Positions 9,921 to 19,043 of a DNA stretch of 64,000 nt are shown piece after piece. This DNA is from a virus (lineage: Duplodnaviria; Caudoviricetes): the IMG/VR virus record IMGVR_UViG_3300025133_009649, positions 87 through 64,086 of that record; one strand, written 5' to 3'. The stretch's first letter is position 1. Each line of letters begins with the position of its first letter. The notes below the pieces were generated by a model, which worked only from the letters and a program-made list of their open reading frames with translations, was not told the origin of the DNA and did no database searches. A program made the position numbers and the translations under genes.

Positions 9921-10829
9921 ATGAAGATTTTATATGTCACTATCAAAGACAAGAACAAGCAGGGCGACTATTTAGATGTCATTTGCTTGAGATCTTTAAG
10001 ATCTGTTTTGGGTGACAATTGCATTGATTACCCAAAGAAAAAAATTCTTTATAATGATTGGTCTGAAGTTGAAAAGTCGTCGCTCCACGGCATGGGCTTC
10101 TCGCTATACGATCCTCCAATACAAGATATAACAGACAGAGGTTATGATGATGTTGATGTCGTTGTATATGGCTTCATTGACAACTATAAGGGAAATTATG
10201 TAAGTGACAAGTACCCCGAACTAGATAAATTAAATAAACCAATTGTCTATATCGATGGCCACGATGATACCGTAGTAGTTAAGACGCCTTGCTTTAAACA
10301 CGAACTACACGAGGCCCACCCGGACGTTTATCCGATGAATCTTGCCTTACCGTCGGCAAAGGTTAGAAAAATTAACCTTTCTAGCAAAACGCAATTAATT
10401 CAAAAAACAGCGCCTCCTTTTTCTAGATTTAGGCCTCAAATTTTAGGCATGCCCGGACGTAGATTATATATTTTTGACAATGAGAAAGACTATTATGATG
10501 ATATGGCCAATTCGTGGTTCGGATTATCGTGCCGCAAGGGATCTTGGGATGCGCTGCGCAACTATGAAATTATAGCAGCAGGAGCACTTTTATTGTTCAG
10601 AGACTTTGATAAAAAGCCCGCACTAGCTAGCCCTCGGCTGGTGCCAGCCGTTTCTTATTCGACACCTCAAGAACTTCAGAGTATTGTCAATAGGCTTTTA
10701 CCTCAAGGTGCTCCATCAGATGAATATACAAGAATTCTTAATTTACAGCGCCAATGGTTATTAGACTACGCCACAGAGGAGAGGCTTGGTGAATATATGG
10801 TGTCTACCATAAAAGAGAAACTTTTATAA
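9921..10829 (+). CDS. Putative glycosyltransferase (GT-B-like C-terminal domain)
   Basis: YIDGHD and YYDDMANSWFGLSCRKGSWDALRNYEIIAAGA resemble GT47/CgeB-type C-terminal motifs. Located in the GT cluster. Confidence 0.55.
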   Translation: MKILYVTIKDKNKQGDYLDVICLRSLRSVLGDNCIDYPKKKILYNDWSEVEKSSLHGMGFSLYDPPIQDITDRGYDDVDVVVYGFIDNYKGNYVSDKYPELDKLNKPIVYIDGHDDTVVVKTPCFKHELHEAHPDVYPMNLALPSAKVRKINLSSKTQLIQKTAPPFSRFRPQILGMPGRRLYIFDNEKDYYDDMANSWFGLSCRKGSWDALRNYEIIAAGALLLFRDFDKKPALASPRLVPAVSYSTPQELQSIVNRLLPQGAPSDEYTRILNLQRQWLLDYATEERLGEYMVSTIKEKLL

Positions 10830-10832
10830 TGA

Positions 10833-11024
10833 GTGTACAACAAAGCAGTTGCCAGCTTTACGGAGCACCTTAAATATATGGATAGTATTGGTTATATTCC
10901 ATTTGATATATGTGAAACACATAGAACAGGAATTATTTTGTCACAAGTAGATATTGTTTTTTTAAAAAAAGAGCATCCTATTAATGTGGTAGCCCAAGAC
11001 ATAATTAATACTGTAGGAGAATGA
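10833..11024 (+). pseudogene. C-terminal fragment of an FkbM-family methyltransferase
   Basis: YNKAVASFTEHLKYMDSIGYIPFDICETHR...LSQVDIVF resembles FkbM C-termini. The SAM-binding N-terminus is absent, and an in-frame TGA (10830-10832) directly precedes the GTG start. Confidence 0.5.
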
Positions 11025-11027
11025 ACT

Positions 11028-11747
11028 TTGGATTATGAAATAGTAGTGCCAGCTAGTACGGCCAATAAATCACTTTTAAACAACTTTAAGAATTCTTATC
11101 GGTATTATAATAATTCTTTTACAAAACAACCAATATTTTTTGGAGACCCAAGGACTACATCTTGTTATCATTCAAAAATGGTCAGAATGTTGGAGTTACT
11201 CGAACAATTAGATAGTAAATATATTATCGTATTGGATGGATTTGATCTTATTTTTAATAGGGAGCTTGACGACTCTTTATTTGATGATTTTATAAAAAAC
11301 CCAAATTTGGAATTTATGTTCGGCGCGGAAACTAATTGCTTTCCCTATCCTCAATATAGTGATCTGTTTGATTCTCACGCGAGAACAAAGATGAAATATC
11401 TTAATGGAGGAGTAATTATTTCCAAAAGAAAAAGATATATTGAAGTTCTTGAGGATTTTTTAAATCCACATAAATATTCACAACAAGAATTTTTAGCAAA
11501 CTCTGATCAAGTCGCTTATACTTTACTTTACAAAGATGCACTAGAAAAGGAAAATCATAAAGTTATCATTGATTGCGAAGCTCGGATATCCTTACAGATG
11601 TTTGCTCTGGAAAGGGATGAAGACTATACTCTAGATGAAGAGAAACAACTAACATTTTTGGAAACTGGAAATACTCCATTTTTTGTACACTTTAACGGAG
11701 ATGGGAAAAATCAAATGCATCATTTTGGGATTGAATATGGAAAATAA
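11028..11747 (+). CDS. PLOD/LH3-type glycosyltransferase-domain protein
   Basis: VLDGFDLIF, FGAETNCFP, KYLNGG, SDQ..YT..Y, IDCEARI and VHFNGDGK occur in the order of the procollagen lysyl-hydroxylase GT-region motifs. TTG start. Confidence 0.7.
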   Translation: MDYEIVVPASTANKSLLNNFKNSYRYYNNSFTKQPIFFGDPRTTSCYHSKMVRMLELLEQLDSKYIIVLDGFDLIFNRELDDSLFDDFIKNPNLEFMFGAETNCFPYPQYSDLFDSHARTKMKYLNGGVIISKRKRYIEVLEDFLNPHKYSQQEFLANSDQVAYTLLYKDALEKENHKVIIDCEARISLQMFALERDEDYTLDEEKQLTFLETGNTPFFVHFNGDGKNQMHHFGIEYGK

Positions 11748-11772
11748 AATATATAATAAAAGCACCATTTCC

Positions 11773-11801
11773 TTGATGTTCTGTTAAACATGCGTTATTA
11801 T
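11773..11801 (+). promoter_or_regulatory. Putative sigma70-type promoter, probably leaderless
   Basis: TTGATG (11773-11778), 17-nt spacer, TATTAT (11796-11801), with an overlapping TATAAT. ATG at 11810 has no SD. Confidence 0.4.
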
Positions 11802-11809
11802 ATAATATA

Positions 11810-12574
11810 ATGGAAACTAAAGAAATAACAATTTGTTTACATTGTGGTTGCGACCAAAATGTGGTGGATTCTCAAATAGAGAGTTTAAGACCTCTAGAGG
11901 AGACTTATAAAATACATTGGAATAATAGAATTGATCGTCATCCAGGCGCCTACGACTCATACTCGGAATTAATTAATGATTCCATCGTCAGTTCCCCCAC
12001 CGAAACAGTTATTTTAATCAACGATAGAACACGCCCTAAATCTCATGAAGTGGAGAAAATAATCCGACTTTTAGAGGGAGGATTCGCCGCCGCCACCATG
12101 TATAGCGTAGGATTTATGGGATTAACTAAAGAGCTTATTCGGCATATCGGATGGTGGGACGAGAGATTTTATGGTGCGGGATATGAAGATGACGATTTTG
12201 TATTGCGGTTACGCATGAATGATTTGGCATATTATGAATCCGAGGAAGCAGATTATGATATGCACTGGCAGACTCCCTTAAGAGCGTCGGGCGGCGAGAA
12301 ATGTTCCAGATCGGAACCATGGTTTAAAACCAAATGGCATATAAGCGACAAAGAGATTAGGCAAATGGTCGACAATGAAAATTATACAAAGTATGAAGGA
12401 AAACTAGGACCATCCAACCCAGAAATTAAATCTCGTTGGATGAAGTGGAACCAGTCTGTTATTGGGTATAGGTTTGCCTACCGCATGCAGACAAATCGAG
12501 GGGGGCAATCTCGGTCTTATTGGTTTATGGATTGGTCTGGTACTCAAAACGAAACGAAGAAGGTAGTAAAATGA
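11810..12574 (+). CDS. GT2-like glycosyltransferase
   Basis: ILINDR and IGWWDERFYGAGYEDDDFVLR (GT2 C-terminal GxxDExF...ED motif). Confidence 0.75.
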   Translation: METKEITICLHCGCDQNVVDSQIESLRPLEETYKIHWNNRIDRHPGAYDSYSELINDSIVSSPTETVILINDRTRPKSHEVEKIIRLLEGGFAAATMYSVGFMGLTKELIRHIGWWDERFYGAGYEDDDFVLRLRMNDLAYYESEEADYDMHWQTPLRASGGEKCSRSEPWFKTKWHISDKEIRQMVDNENYTKYEGKLGPSNPEIKSRWMKWNQSVIGYRFAYRMQTNRGGQSRSYWFMDWSGTQNETKKVVK

Positions 12575-13551
12575 AAAAAATTCTTATAACAGGGGGTTTG
12601 GGATTTCTTGGAACTCACTGCATAGAAAAGTGGTCCAAAGAGGGGTGGGAAATTTGTGTGGTGGATAATTTATCATCAAATGCTATTTCCCCCGATCACC
12701 AATTTGCGCGAAAGACAACATTGATACTTGACGACGTGACAAAAGTTTTATGGGACGACTTGCCAACATTTGATATGATTTTGCACCTAGCGAGCCCCGT
12801 CGGGCCCGTCGGCGTGTTGAAACATTCTGGCAAAATGGCAAAAATCATTATGGATGATATATACTGGGCCATCGAAGGCGCAAGAAAAAATAATTGCCCA
12901 TTGATTTTTGTTTCTACTTCTGAGGTATATGGTTATCGCGAGAACAAGACTTATTTATCGGAGGAAGACGATAAAGTTTTGAGAGGTGAATTTACGGTGC
13001 GCAATGAATATGCTATAGCTAAGTTATTAGCTGAAATTGCTTTATCGAATAATGGAAAAGTTGATAAAAACTTGAAATATCAAATTATTAGACCTTTTAA
13101 TGTTACTGGCGAATATCAATTGGCGGATGGAGGGTTTGTCTTGCCAAGATTTGCAATTCAGGCTTTAACTAATCAAGAAATAACGGTATACTATTCAGGT
13201 GAGCAAATAAGAGCGTTTACGTGGGCAAAAGATATAATTGACGGGATATATCTTGTCTCAAAGGCTCCAGAGCACTTATGGAACCAAGAATGGAACATTG
13301 GAAACGAAATGAATGAAAAATCTATTCTTTATTTGGCCAAGAGAGTAAAAAAATTAGCCAACTCTTCGTCTAAAATAGTTCACGTAGATCCAAAGCATAT
13401 ACACGGAGAATTATTTGCCGAGGCGCCAGAAAAAATACCCAATTCTGATAAAATTAAGAAACTTTTGGGCTGGCAGCCAAAAAAAAATGTTGACGACGTA
13501 GTCAAAGAAGTTCTAGACTTTTGGAAGAAGCGGAATAAAATAGATGAGTAA
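12571..13551 (+). CDS. NAD-dependent nucleotide-sugar epimerase/dehydratase, UDP-glucuronate decarboxylase (UXS)-like
   Basis: TGGLGFLG, HLASP, STSEVYG, YAIAK (YxxxK), RPFN and GEQIRAF. Start at ATG 12571 (MKKILITGG), overlapping the upstream stop. Confidence 0.8.
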   Translation: MKKILITGGLGFLGTHCIEKWSKEGWEICVVDNLSSNAISPDHQFARKTTLILDDVTKVLWDDLPTFDMILHLASPVGPVGVLKHSGKMAKIIMDDIYWAIEGARKNNCPLIFVSTSEVYGYRENKTYLSEEDDKVLRGEFTVRNEYAIAKLLAEIALSNNGKVDKNLKYQIIRPFNVTGEYQLADGGFVLPRFAIQALTNQEITVYYSGEQIRAFTWAKDIIDGIYLVSKAPEHLWNQEWNIGNEMNEKSILYLAKRVKKLANSSSKIVHVDPKHIHGELFAEAPEKIPNSDKIKKLLGWQPKKNVDDVVKEVLDFWKKRNKIDE

Positions 13552-14407
13552 GAGAACGACGAAAAAAAACATAGGTGTTATTGGCAATGGGTTTGTAGGC
13601 TCTGCTATATCGGCCGGCTTCGCATTAGACGCAAATGTATTTGTATATGATCTAGATGAAAGGCGAAGAACCCACACTATTACTGAAGTTATGCACAAAA
13701 GCGATTTTATATTTGTTTGTGTCCCAACACCAATGAAGCTTGAGACTGGCGAAATTGATCTTTCAATTATCAGGGACGTTTTTTCCGATATAAAAAAAAT
13801 AGCTACTAGGAGAGACCAAATATTTATTATTAAATCTACAGTTACTCCAACTAGCTTAGAATCTATCATAAAAGAAAGTCCTGAATTGAGGATCGTGTTC
13901 AGCCCCGAATTTTTAACTGAACGCTCTTCGCGCCTTGATTTTATCAATTCAAATCGAATAGTAATTGGTGGTCACGAAAAAGACTTAGATGAAGTCGAAG
14001 AGCTATTTAAGATACGGTTTCCGTTCACAAGAATTATCAAAACTGATTTAAAAACTGCACAATTTATAAAATATATGGCAAATTGTTTTTTCGCCACAAA
14101 AGTGTCTTTTATGAACGAAATGTTTCAAGCAGCCCAGGTTCTTGAGATCGATTGGCAACATGCCATGGAGGGTTTTATTTCGGATGGCCGTATCGGCAAT
14201 TCTCATATAAGTGTTCCCGGCCACGATGGTTATTTGGGCTTCGGTGGTAAATGTTTTCCAAAAGATCTTAATGCTTTTATTAAACTGTATGAAGATCTCG
14301 GAGTCGAGCCCACAATTATGAGGGCCGCCTGGAAAAAGAATATGGAAGTAAGAGAGTGCTATGACTGGCTTGATATCGAGGGTGCAATAAGCACAGAAAA
14401 TGAATAA
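13544..14407 (+). CDS. ugd: UDP-glucose/GDP-mannose dehydrogenase family (short form)
   Basis: GNGFVG, VCVPTP, IKSTV, SPEFL, KYMAN.F.A.K and GFGGKCFPKD with the catalytic Cys. At 287 aa it lacks the usual C-terminal domain. Confidence 0.88.
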   Translation: MSKRTTKKNIGVIGNGFVGSAISAGFALDANVFVYDLDERRRTHTITEVMHKSDFIFVCVPTPMKLETGEIDLSIIRDVFSDIKKIATRRDQIFIIKSTVTPTSLESIIKESPELRIVFSPEFLTERSSRLDFINSNRIVIGGHEKDLDEVEELFKIRFPFTRIIKTDLKTAQFIKYMANCFFATKVSFMNEMFQAAQVLEIDWQHAMEGFISDGRIGNSHISVPGHDGYLGFGGKCFPKDLNAFIKLYEDLGVEPTIMRAAWKKNMEVRECYDWLDIEGAISTENE

Positions 14408-15926
14408 TACAAATAGAAAAATAGATATGAAAGAGCGTATATGCCTTATAACACCTCCATCACCATTTTTATTAGACGAGCGTGTTTTCATGCACTTGGG
14501 CATCTTAAAAGTTGCTGCCGTTTTAGAAGAACAAGGATACGATGTTGATTTTATTGATTTAAGCGCAGTAAAAAATTATTTGGATGTTTTAGATGATTAT
14601 TTAAAATTAGATGATAGCACCACTATTATAGGTGTTACTGCAACTACACCACAAATACCGTTTGCAGTTAAAATAGCAAAGCATATTGATGCTGTTTATA
14701 AAGATAAAGTTTGTAAAACAATACTTGGTGGGCCTCATGTTACTTTAATGAACTCCGCTTCAAAAAATGAAAAAAAGAAAAATTTTATTGGAAGCTGCAG
14801 AGCAACAAATGATATTAAGACACTTATAGATACTTTTGATGTTCTAGTATGCGGAGACGGAGAATTAGCTATTTTTGAAGCTCTTAAAATAGACAAGGGC
14901 ATTATTGACGCAGATGACAAAGACTCACCATTATTTTTAAGTAATAAAATTCTTACTAGCATGCCTCTACCCGCGAGGCATTTGGTTGATGTTGACTCAT
15001 ACAAATATTATATTGAAAACGAAAGATCTATAAGTTTAATCGCACAATTAGGGTGTCCTTTTCAGTGTACATTTTGTTCTGGTAGAAGTTCACCATTTCT
15101 TCGAAAAATTAGAACACGGACAACTCAGTCTGTTATAAACGAAATTGAGTACCTCTACCTAACATATAACATGAAAGGGTTTATGTTATATGATGATGAA
15201 TTAAATGTAAATAAAGAAATGGTTCATTTAATGAGACAAATCACCAAGTTACAAAAAAAATATAATACTGAATTCAAGTTGAGGGGTTTTATTAAAGCAG
15301 AACTTTTTAATGATGAACAAGCAGAGGCAATGTATAGCGCTGGATTCAGGTGGTTGTTGACCGGTTTTGAATCTGGTGACGAAAGAATATTAAAAAATAT
15401 TAATAAACGAGCAACTAGAGATGACAATACAAGATGTGTAGAAATTGGCAAAAAACATGGCTTAAAAGTTAAAGCTCTTATGTCAATTGGCCACGCCGGC
15501 GAAAGTATAGAAACTATTGAAAATACAAAAAATTGGCTTTTAGAAGTAAAACCTGACGATTTTGATTGTACAATTATTACAACTTACCCAGGATCTCCCT
15601 ATTTCGATAACGCTGTTTTTAACGGAACACATTATACTTATACTAGTAAACGAACGGGAGATAGATTACATCAAGCACAATTAGATTATTGTGTAGACCA
15701 GGATTATTATAAGGGCGACCCGGAGGGTGGTTATATATCATATGTGTGGACTGATTATATCTCTGCTGAAAACTTGGTTAAGGAAAGAGAAAAATTAGAA
15801 ACAGAAGTGAGAAAAAAACTTAATATTGCTTTTAATCCTGCCCGACCCGGGTTGGTCTATGAACATTCTATGGGAATGGGCATTACTAATATTCCTTCAC
15901 ACATATTACGCTCTACAAAAAAATAA
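14400..15926 (+). CDS. B12-binding-domain radical SAM enzyme
   Basis: HLGILKVAAVL, GGPHVT, GDGE, GCPFQCTFC (CxxxCxxC), GFESG and YPGSP. Confidence 0.9.
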   Translation: MNNTNRKIDMKERICLITPPSPFLLDERVFMHLGILKVAAVLEEQGYDVDFIDLSAVKNYLDVLDDYLKLDDSTTIIGVTATTPQIPFAVKIAKHIDAVYKDKVCKTILGGPHVTLMNSASKNEKKKNFIGSCRATNDIKTLIDTFDVLVCGDGELAIFEALKIDKGIIDADDKDSPLFLSNKILTSMPLPARHLVDVDSYKYYIENERSISLIAQLGCPFQCTFCSGRSSPFLRKIRTRTTQSVINEIEYLYLTYNMKGFMLYDDELNVNKEMVHLMRQITKLQKKYNTEFKLRGFIKAELFNDEQAEAMYSAGFRWLLTGFESGDERILKNINKRATRDDNTRCVEIGKKHGLKVKALMSIGHAGESIETIENTKNWLLEVKPDDFDCTIITTYPGSPYFDNAVFNGTHYTYTSKRTGDRLHQAQLDYCVDQDYYKGDPEGGYISYVWTDYISAENLVKEREKLETEVRKKLNIAFNPARPGLVYEHSMGMGITNIPSHILRSTKK

Positions 15927-15938
15927 GGAGATTAAAAA

Positions 15939-16847
15939 ATGAAAGCAGTAGTAACAGGCGGCAATGGTTTTATAGGAAGTCACTTGGTAGATAAATTAAT
16001 AAAAGAGAAATGGGAAGTCGCTGTGATAGATAATTTATCTGCAGAATGCAATGAACAATTCTTTTTTAATGATAAAGCACATAATCACAAAGTTGATATT
16101 TGTGATTATGAAACCATCCTTCCAATTTTTGAGAATGCAGATATAGTATTTCATTTAGCTGCTGAATCACGTATCCAACCAACCATTTTAAATCCATCTC
16201 GTGCTGCAGAAGTCAATGTAGTGGGTACCTGTAATGTTTTACAAGCCGCGCGCATACATAAAATAAAAAAAGTAATATATTCTTCTACTTCTTCTGGTTA
16301 CGGATTAAAAAACAAGCCTCCCTTAACAGAAACCATGCCTAAAGATTGCTTAAATCCTTATTCTGTTACAAAGTGCGCAGGAGAAGATTTGTGTGTTATG
16401 TACAATAACCTGTTTGGATTAAAAACTATCACATTTAGATATTTTAATGTTTATGGACCACGCCAACCACTAAGAGGACAGTACGCTCCAGTAGTGGGTT
16501 TATTCTTGAAACAATTTGCAAATAAAAAATCAATGACAATTGTTGGTACCGGCCACCAAAGAAGAGACTTTACTCATGTTTTGGATGTAGTGGAAGCAAA
16601 TATATTGGCCGCGGCCACACAAAATGAAGAAGCATTTGGAGAAGTCTTTAATGTTGGAAGCGGGGTTAACTATTCTGTTTTGGAGTTGGCTAAAATAATT
16701 GGAGGAAAGTATAATTTTATTGCGCCGCGCTCTGGAGAAGCTGAAGTAACTTTAGCTGATATCAACAAAATAAGAAATATCTTAGGATGGAATCCAAAAT
16801 ATGATTTTGTGGAATACATGAAAAAAGAAGTAGAAAATATAAAATGA
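15939..16847 (+). CDS. NAD-dependent epimerase/dehydratase (UDP-sugar 4-epimerase-like)
   Basis: TGGNGFIGSH, FHLAA, PYSVTK, RYFNVYG and RRDF. AAGGAG SD upstream. Confidence 0.9.
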   Translation: MKAVVTGGNGFIGSHLVDKLIKEKWEVAVIDNLSAECNEQFFFNDKAHNHKVDICDYETILPIFENADIVFHLAAESRIQPTILNPSRAAEVNVVGTCNVLQAARIHKIKKVIYSSTSSGYGLKNKPPLTETMPKDCLNPYSVTKCAGEDLCVMYNNLFGLKTITFRYFNVYGPRQPLRGQYAPVVGLFLKQFANKKSMTIVGTGHQRRDFTHVLDVVEANILAAATQNEEAFGEVFNVGSGVNYSVLELAKIIGGKYNFIAPRSGEAEVTLADINKIRNILGWNPKYDFVEYMKKEVENIK

Positions 16848-17248
16848 CTGAAAAGAAAATTACAGGCTTTATAGCTGGTTGTTTTGATTTACTGCATCCG
16901 GGGTATATTTTAATGTTTGAAGATGCTAAAACTATTTGTAATCATTTAATTATTGCGCTTCACGAGGACCCTTCACTCGAAAGATCTCATAAACATAAGC
17001 CTATACATTCTTTAAAAGAAAGAGAGACAATATTAAAAGGCATTAAATATATTGATGAAGTAGTGTATTATAAAACAGAGAAAGAATTGAAAAATTTATT
17101 ATTGGATATATCACCAGATTATAGAATTATTGGAACTGATTATTTAGAAAGAGATTTTACTGGAAAAGATATTGAAGATATTAAAATATATTATCATGAA
17201 AGACAGCATGACTGGTCTTATTCAAAATTAAGGAGAAAAATATGTTAA
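16844..17248 (+). CDS. Cytidylyltransferase-like protein (TagD/RfaE-II family)
   Basis: AGCFDLLHPGY (HxGH variant), KPI..L.ER, IDEV, GTDY and R.H.WS.S.LR. Confidence 0.85.
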   Translation: MTEKKITGFIAGCFDLLHPGYILMFEDAKTICNHLIIALHEDPSLERSHKHKPIHSLKERETILKGIKYIDEVVYYKTEKELKNLLLDISPDYRIIGTDYLERDFTGKDIEDIKIYYHERQHDWSYSKLRRKIC

Positions 17249-17445
17249 AATTATCAAATGAGGCAGTTGGAGCTGTTATGCTAGCTCTACAAAATTCATT
17301 AATGGACCAAAGCGATATTGTACCAGTTTTAAGAGGGTTCGATTTAAAAATTGATGATAAAGAAGAATTATATATTATGAACCCACCGGTGGTAAAACTT
17401 GATAATGATTCTGATGAATATCCCATAGATGACGGGTCAGAGTAA
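17242..17445 (+). CDS. Small hypothetical protein
   Basis: 67-aa ORF with AAGGAG SD, co-oriented in the operon. Confidence 0.6.
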   Translation: MLKLSNEAVGAVMLALQNSLMDQSDIVPVLRGFDLKIDDKEELYIMNPPVVKLDNDSDEYPIDDGSE

Positions 17446-17451
17446 TTAACC

Positions 17452-17712
17452 GTGCCCAAATATAGCTATAAGTGTGCACAGTGTAATAATATTATTACTA
17501 TTTATCATTCAATTGGTGATAAAAAAACAGACTGTGATGCCTGTGAAACTCCTGGCACGCTTAAACGTTTGCCATCTAAATTTAGCTTAAATATACAAGA
17601 AAAAAAGAGCAAAGTGGGCGACTTAGTTAAGCACAGCATAGAAGAATTTGGAAAAGAACTTGAACAGGAAAAAGAGAAATTAAGAAATGAATTTTTTCAC
17701 CCAGATGAATAA
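17452..17712 (+). CDS. FmdB-type zinc-ribbon protein
   Basis: MPKYSYKCAQC...CDAC...LKRL pattern. Confidence 0.75.
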   Translation: MPKYSYKCAQCNNIITIYHSIGDKKTDCDACETPGTLKRLPSKFSLNIQEKKSKVGDLVKHSIEEFGKELEQEKEKLRNEFFHPDE

Positions 17713-18088
17713 ATATGTTTTATTATTTTCAATAATATTAAATGGTATATTGCTGATGTTTGTTACAGGCATCGTTCCTTTCTTTTTATATCTTAGCATC
17801 ATTATTAATTTAATGCTTGTTTGGTATAGTGGTGTTTGTCTGTTGAGAGTTAATAATCTAGAAAATGATATGATTATACTTTTGCAAAAAAACGAAGATT
17901 TTCTAGATGAATTAGAAAATATTCATGCTCTAGAAATGTATTACGGAGATGAATACTTACAAAATCTTATTGTTAAGTCAAGAGACTTGGTTAACGATTT
18001 TGTTGATATACAAGAAGAATATTTTGATGTAGAAGTAACGGAATTAGAACATGACGAAGAAAACTCGCCGCCCCCGCAAGAAGAATAA
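17705..18088 (+). CDS. Hypothetical membrane protein (two predicted TM helices, acidic tail)
   Basis: Long hydrophobic N-terminal stretch. ATG at 17705 overlaps the upstream stop (ATGAATAA). Confidence 0.6.
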   Translation: MNKYVLLFSIILNGILLMFVTGIVPFFLYLSIIINLMLVWYSGVCLLRVNNLENDMIILLQKNEDFLDELENIHALEMYYGDEYLQNLIVKSRDLVNDFVDIQEEYFDVEVTELEHDEENSPPPQEE

Positions 18089-18746
18089 CTATTTTACAAA
18101 AGTGCATGAGAATGCAATTGTCAAATATGCTATAACAGACGATAGATCGGTAAGGTCAGAATTATATATTTCTTATATAGGTCCGGCCTTCGATGAAATG
18201 GTCGATAAAATAGTTTATACCTATAAATTTAATAATTTGCCTAATATTGATTATCTCAAAGATGACTGCAAACTTTGGCTAATAACAATACTTGACAAAT
18301 ATGATACTAGTAGGAATTCTAAGGCTTTTTCTTATTTTAGTGTCATAACTAAAAATTGGTTTATCCACAAGGTTAAACAAAATTCAAAAAAATTAAGAAG
18401 AGACGTACAATATGAAGATTTAAATAATGAAGTCCAATTGGAACATCTTGTTGTACAACACACGTATGAACATAACAGGGAGCAACAGGAATTTTGGGAG
18501 CACCTGTACAAAGAAATGGATACCTGGGAAAATCTTAAATTAAAAGAAACAGAAAAGAAAGTGTTAGAAGCAATAAGAATACTCTTTAACAGCACAAACG
18601 ATATAGAAATTTTTAATAAAAAGGCTATTTATTTGTATATGAGGGAAATTACTGGACTTAACACAAAACAAATTGTTAATAACCTCAATAGAATAAGAAA
18701 AAGATATAGGATTTTCAAAAAAGAATGGGAAAAAGGAAACATTTAA
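18051..18746 (+). CDS. Putative phage sigma factor (late transcription, gp55-like region 2)
   Basis: NYFTK...AI..Y, IVYTYKF and LDKYDTSRNSKAFSYFSVITKNWFI resemble sigma region 2.3-2.4. C-terminal HTH-like REITGLNTKQIVNNLNRIR. Lies just before the structural module. Confidence 0.65.
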   Translation: MTKKTRRPRKKNNYFTKVHENAIVKYAITDDRSVRSELYISYIGPAFDEMVDKIVYTYKFNNLPNIDYLKDDCKLWLITILDKYDTSRNSKAFSYFSVITKNWFIHKVKQNSKKLRRDVQYEDLNNEVQLEHLVVQHTYEHNREQQEFWEHLYKEMDTWENLKLKETEKKVLEAIRILFNSTNDIEIFNKKAIYLYMREITGLNTKQIVNNLNRIRKRYRIFKKEWEKGNI

Positions 18747-19039
18747 ATTCACAAGAATTTGTTGAAGAAGCTGCAGACAATATTAGGAAAGATAGAGCTT
18801 TGGCTTCTTCTCTTTTAATAGAGCTGATGAAAATTCTTAAAGCAGATGAAACAAAACATCAGCATTCTGGCCCCGTCGCAGCTAAATATTTAGAAACCTT
18901 ACAGAGATCTAATGAACAACTCGTTAAGTTAGCTTCTTTAATTTCAAAAAAAGAACATACTTCTGTTGATCTGTCTCAAATGGAGAAATCAGAAATATAT
19001 GATTTAATTAACGAAAACGAAAATAATATCGAGGATTAA
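18725..19039 (+). CDS. Hypothetical helical protein
   Basis: 104-aa ORF overlapping the putative sigma gene. Confidence 0.65.
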   Translation: MGKRKHLNSQEFVEEAADNIRKDRALASSLLIELMKILKADETKHQHSGPVAAKYLETLQRSNEQLVKLASLISKKEHTSVDLSQMEKSEIYDLINENENNIED

Positions 19040-19043
19040 ATAT

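Noticed and set aside
4190-17248. Eukaryotic giant virus (NCLDV) or bacterial LPS locus origin
   Set aside because: The cluster is contiguous with gp25/gp6-like baseplate, sigma-like and RuvC-like genes, and SD sites are present. No flippase, polymerase or ABC exporter is seen.
17705-18088. Holin call for the two-TM protein
   Set aside because: No adjacent endolysin or spanin. Hydrophobicity alone is insufficient.
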